Part shown: piece by piece, positions 31,629 to 32,351 of the stretch
Position numbering within the stretch: position 1 is the first letter of the stretch
Layout of the letters: each line of letters begins with the position of its first letter
Source: Klebsormidium nitens
Taxonomy: Eukaryota; Plantae; Klebsormidiophyceae
NCBI GenBank assembly: GCA_000708835.1
Contig: DF237746.1
Span: forward strand, 1-32,351
Length of the DNA stretch: 32,351 nt
Reading direction: 5' to 3'
Position numbers and translations under genes: made by a program
Notes under the pieces: model-generated
The model's input: the letters and a program-made list of their open reading frames with translations, nothing else
Database searches by the model: none
What the model was told of the DNA's origin: nothing

Positions 31629-32305
31629 AAGGACGGGCTGGGCCGCCTGCCAGCGTGGTTGGGAGAGCGCACGCAAGAGGAAAGGTTAGCGGCCCGGCCA
31701 GGGGAGGGGGCGCCAGCACGAAGGGTGCTGCCGCAGGAGGAACGCGTTGGGAGGCGGCTCGCGCGGAGGTGGCCAAGGGGGCCACGATTGGATGTCGCGG
31801 CTGAGGCCGCAAAAGCTGTGAGGGCAGCGGTTGGCGTGCCTCGGCGCAAGGTGAGGGGGCCACAAAGGGTCACCCTTCCCCAGCTGAACGGCTGCCAGCC
31901 CCTAGATCAAACTCTAGTGCCAGCACTGCCGTCGGACAGGCCTCTCAGGGTGTTGGAATTCTTTGCCGGGGTCGGGTCTGCCACGCAGGCGCTGGCGCGG
32001 CTGGGATACGAGCTAGGGGAAGTTGTTGCGTGCGAGGCGCGGGGGGCTGCCAGGGTGGTGCACGCCCACTCCCTGACGGAGCTAGCCAGGGAGTTCCCGG
32101 GGACAGTGTCCAGCAGAGCGGGGGCTCAGCTTCACCACCGGTTTCCCCAGGACATCCGGTTGGTGACAAGGCAAGCGCTCCAGGAGTTGGGGCCAATATA
32201 TATATAGACTTAGTGGTGGCAGGGTGGCCCTGCCAGGGGAACAGCGCCGCGGGGAACGGCCGCGGGTTGGATGATCACCGCAGTGGGCTCTTCACAGAGC
32301 TCATG
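31629..32305 (+). pseudogene. Disrupted DNMT3-like C5 DNA cytosine methyltransferase domain, in frame with Gag-protease
   Basis: Motif I LRVLEFFAGVGS (FxGxG, ~31944-31979), motif II VVACEA, motif III PQDIRLV, motif IV DLVVAGWPCQ (catalytic PC, after an 8-nt TA insertion at 32199-32206), motif V GLDDHRSGLF. QDIRLVTRQALQELGPIDLVVAGWPC parallels DNMT3A [26 protein letters not shown]. Motif VI (ENV) is not present. Confidence 0.9.
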
Positions 32306-32351
32306 TGTGACGATTACTCTGGTTAAGGCTAACGTCGTTCTCGTACAGTTA
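32306..32351 (+). mobile_element. Possible start of a nested insertion (TGT... LTR-like end) truncating the methyltransferase
   Basis: MTase similarity stops after SGLFTELM. The sequence then begins TGTGAC, drops in GC and hits stops (TAA 32324, TAA 32330) before motif VI. Only 46 bp visible. Confidence 0.35.

Larger units (their letters stand above)
26911..32351 (+). mobile_element. 5' portion of a degenerate Ty3/gypsy-like LTR retrotransposon carrying a DNMT3-like C5 cytosine methyltransferase; runs off the window end
   Basis: Order: LTR-like segment, PBS-like site, extra upstream ORF, Gag with two CCHC knuckles, retropepsin-like protease, in-frame C5-MTase. RT, RNase H, integrase and the 3' LTR are not in the window, so the gypsy call rests on the known charophyte Gypsy-DNMT architecture. 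Confidence 0.8.

Noticed and set aside
28439-31863. Many overlapping minus-strand and alternate-frame ORFs across gag
   Set aside because: Expected by-products of very GC-rich coding sequence; no recognisable domains.
1-32351. CRISPR arrays, rRNA, tRNA genes or prokaryotic operons/defence systems
   Set aside because: None seen. The repeats are coding or TE-derived without unique spacers, and the methyltransferase sits in a Gag-protease context rather than a restriction-modification locus.

Overview
Eukaryotic, intron-rich DNA, most consistent with a streptophyte green alga (charophyte, Klebsormidium-like; inferred from gene content, not proven). Left to right: a 290-bp Tc1/mariner-type MITE (195-484); a 10-exon gene for a ~669-aa protein with two cyclic-nucleotide-binding domains (1717-9296,+); a 669-bp Mutator-like non-autonomous element with 40-bp TIRs and a 9-bp TSD (11218-11886); a 15-exon gene for a giant (~2250 aa) ALE2/extensin-like receptor kinase with a Pro/Thr-rich ectodomain (12101-26268,+); and the 5' part of a decayed Ty3/gypsy-like LTR retrotransposon (~26911-32351,+). 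The retrotransposon is the most unusual part. Besides Gag (two CCHC knuckles) and an aspartic protease, it carries an in-frame DNMT3-like C5 cytosine methyltransferase, an extra upstream reading frame with a Cys-pair motif followed by an F-box-like motif, and MIU-like ubiquitin-binding helices in the Gag-protease spacer. This suggests an element combining DNA-methylation and ubiquitin-targeting cargo. A second theme is tandem duplication of exon-end/5'-splice-site units in both host genes, including a ladder of 13 in-phase cryptic donors in the receptor kinase stalk exon. All exon models and motif calls were made by eye, with no database searches.
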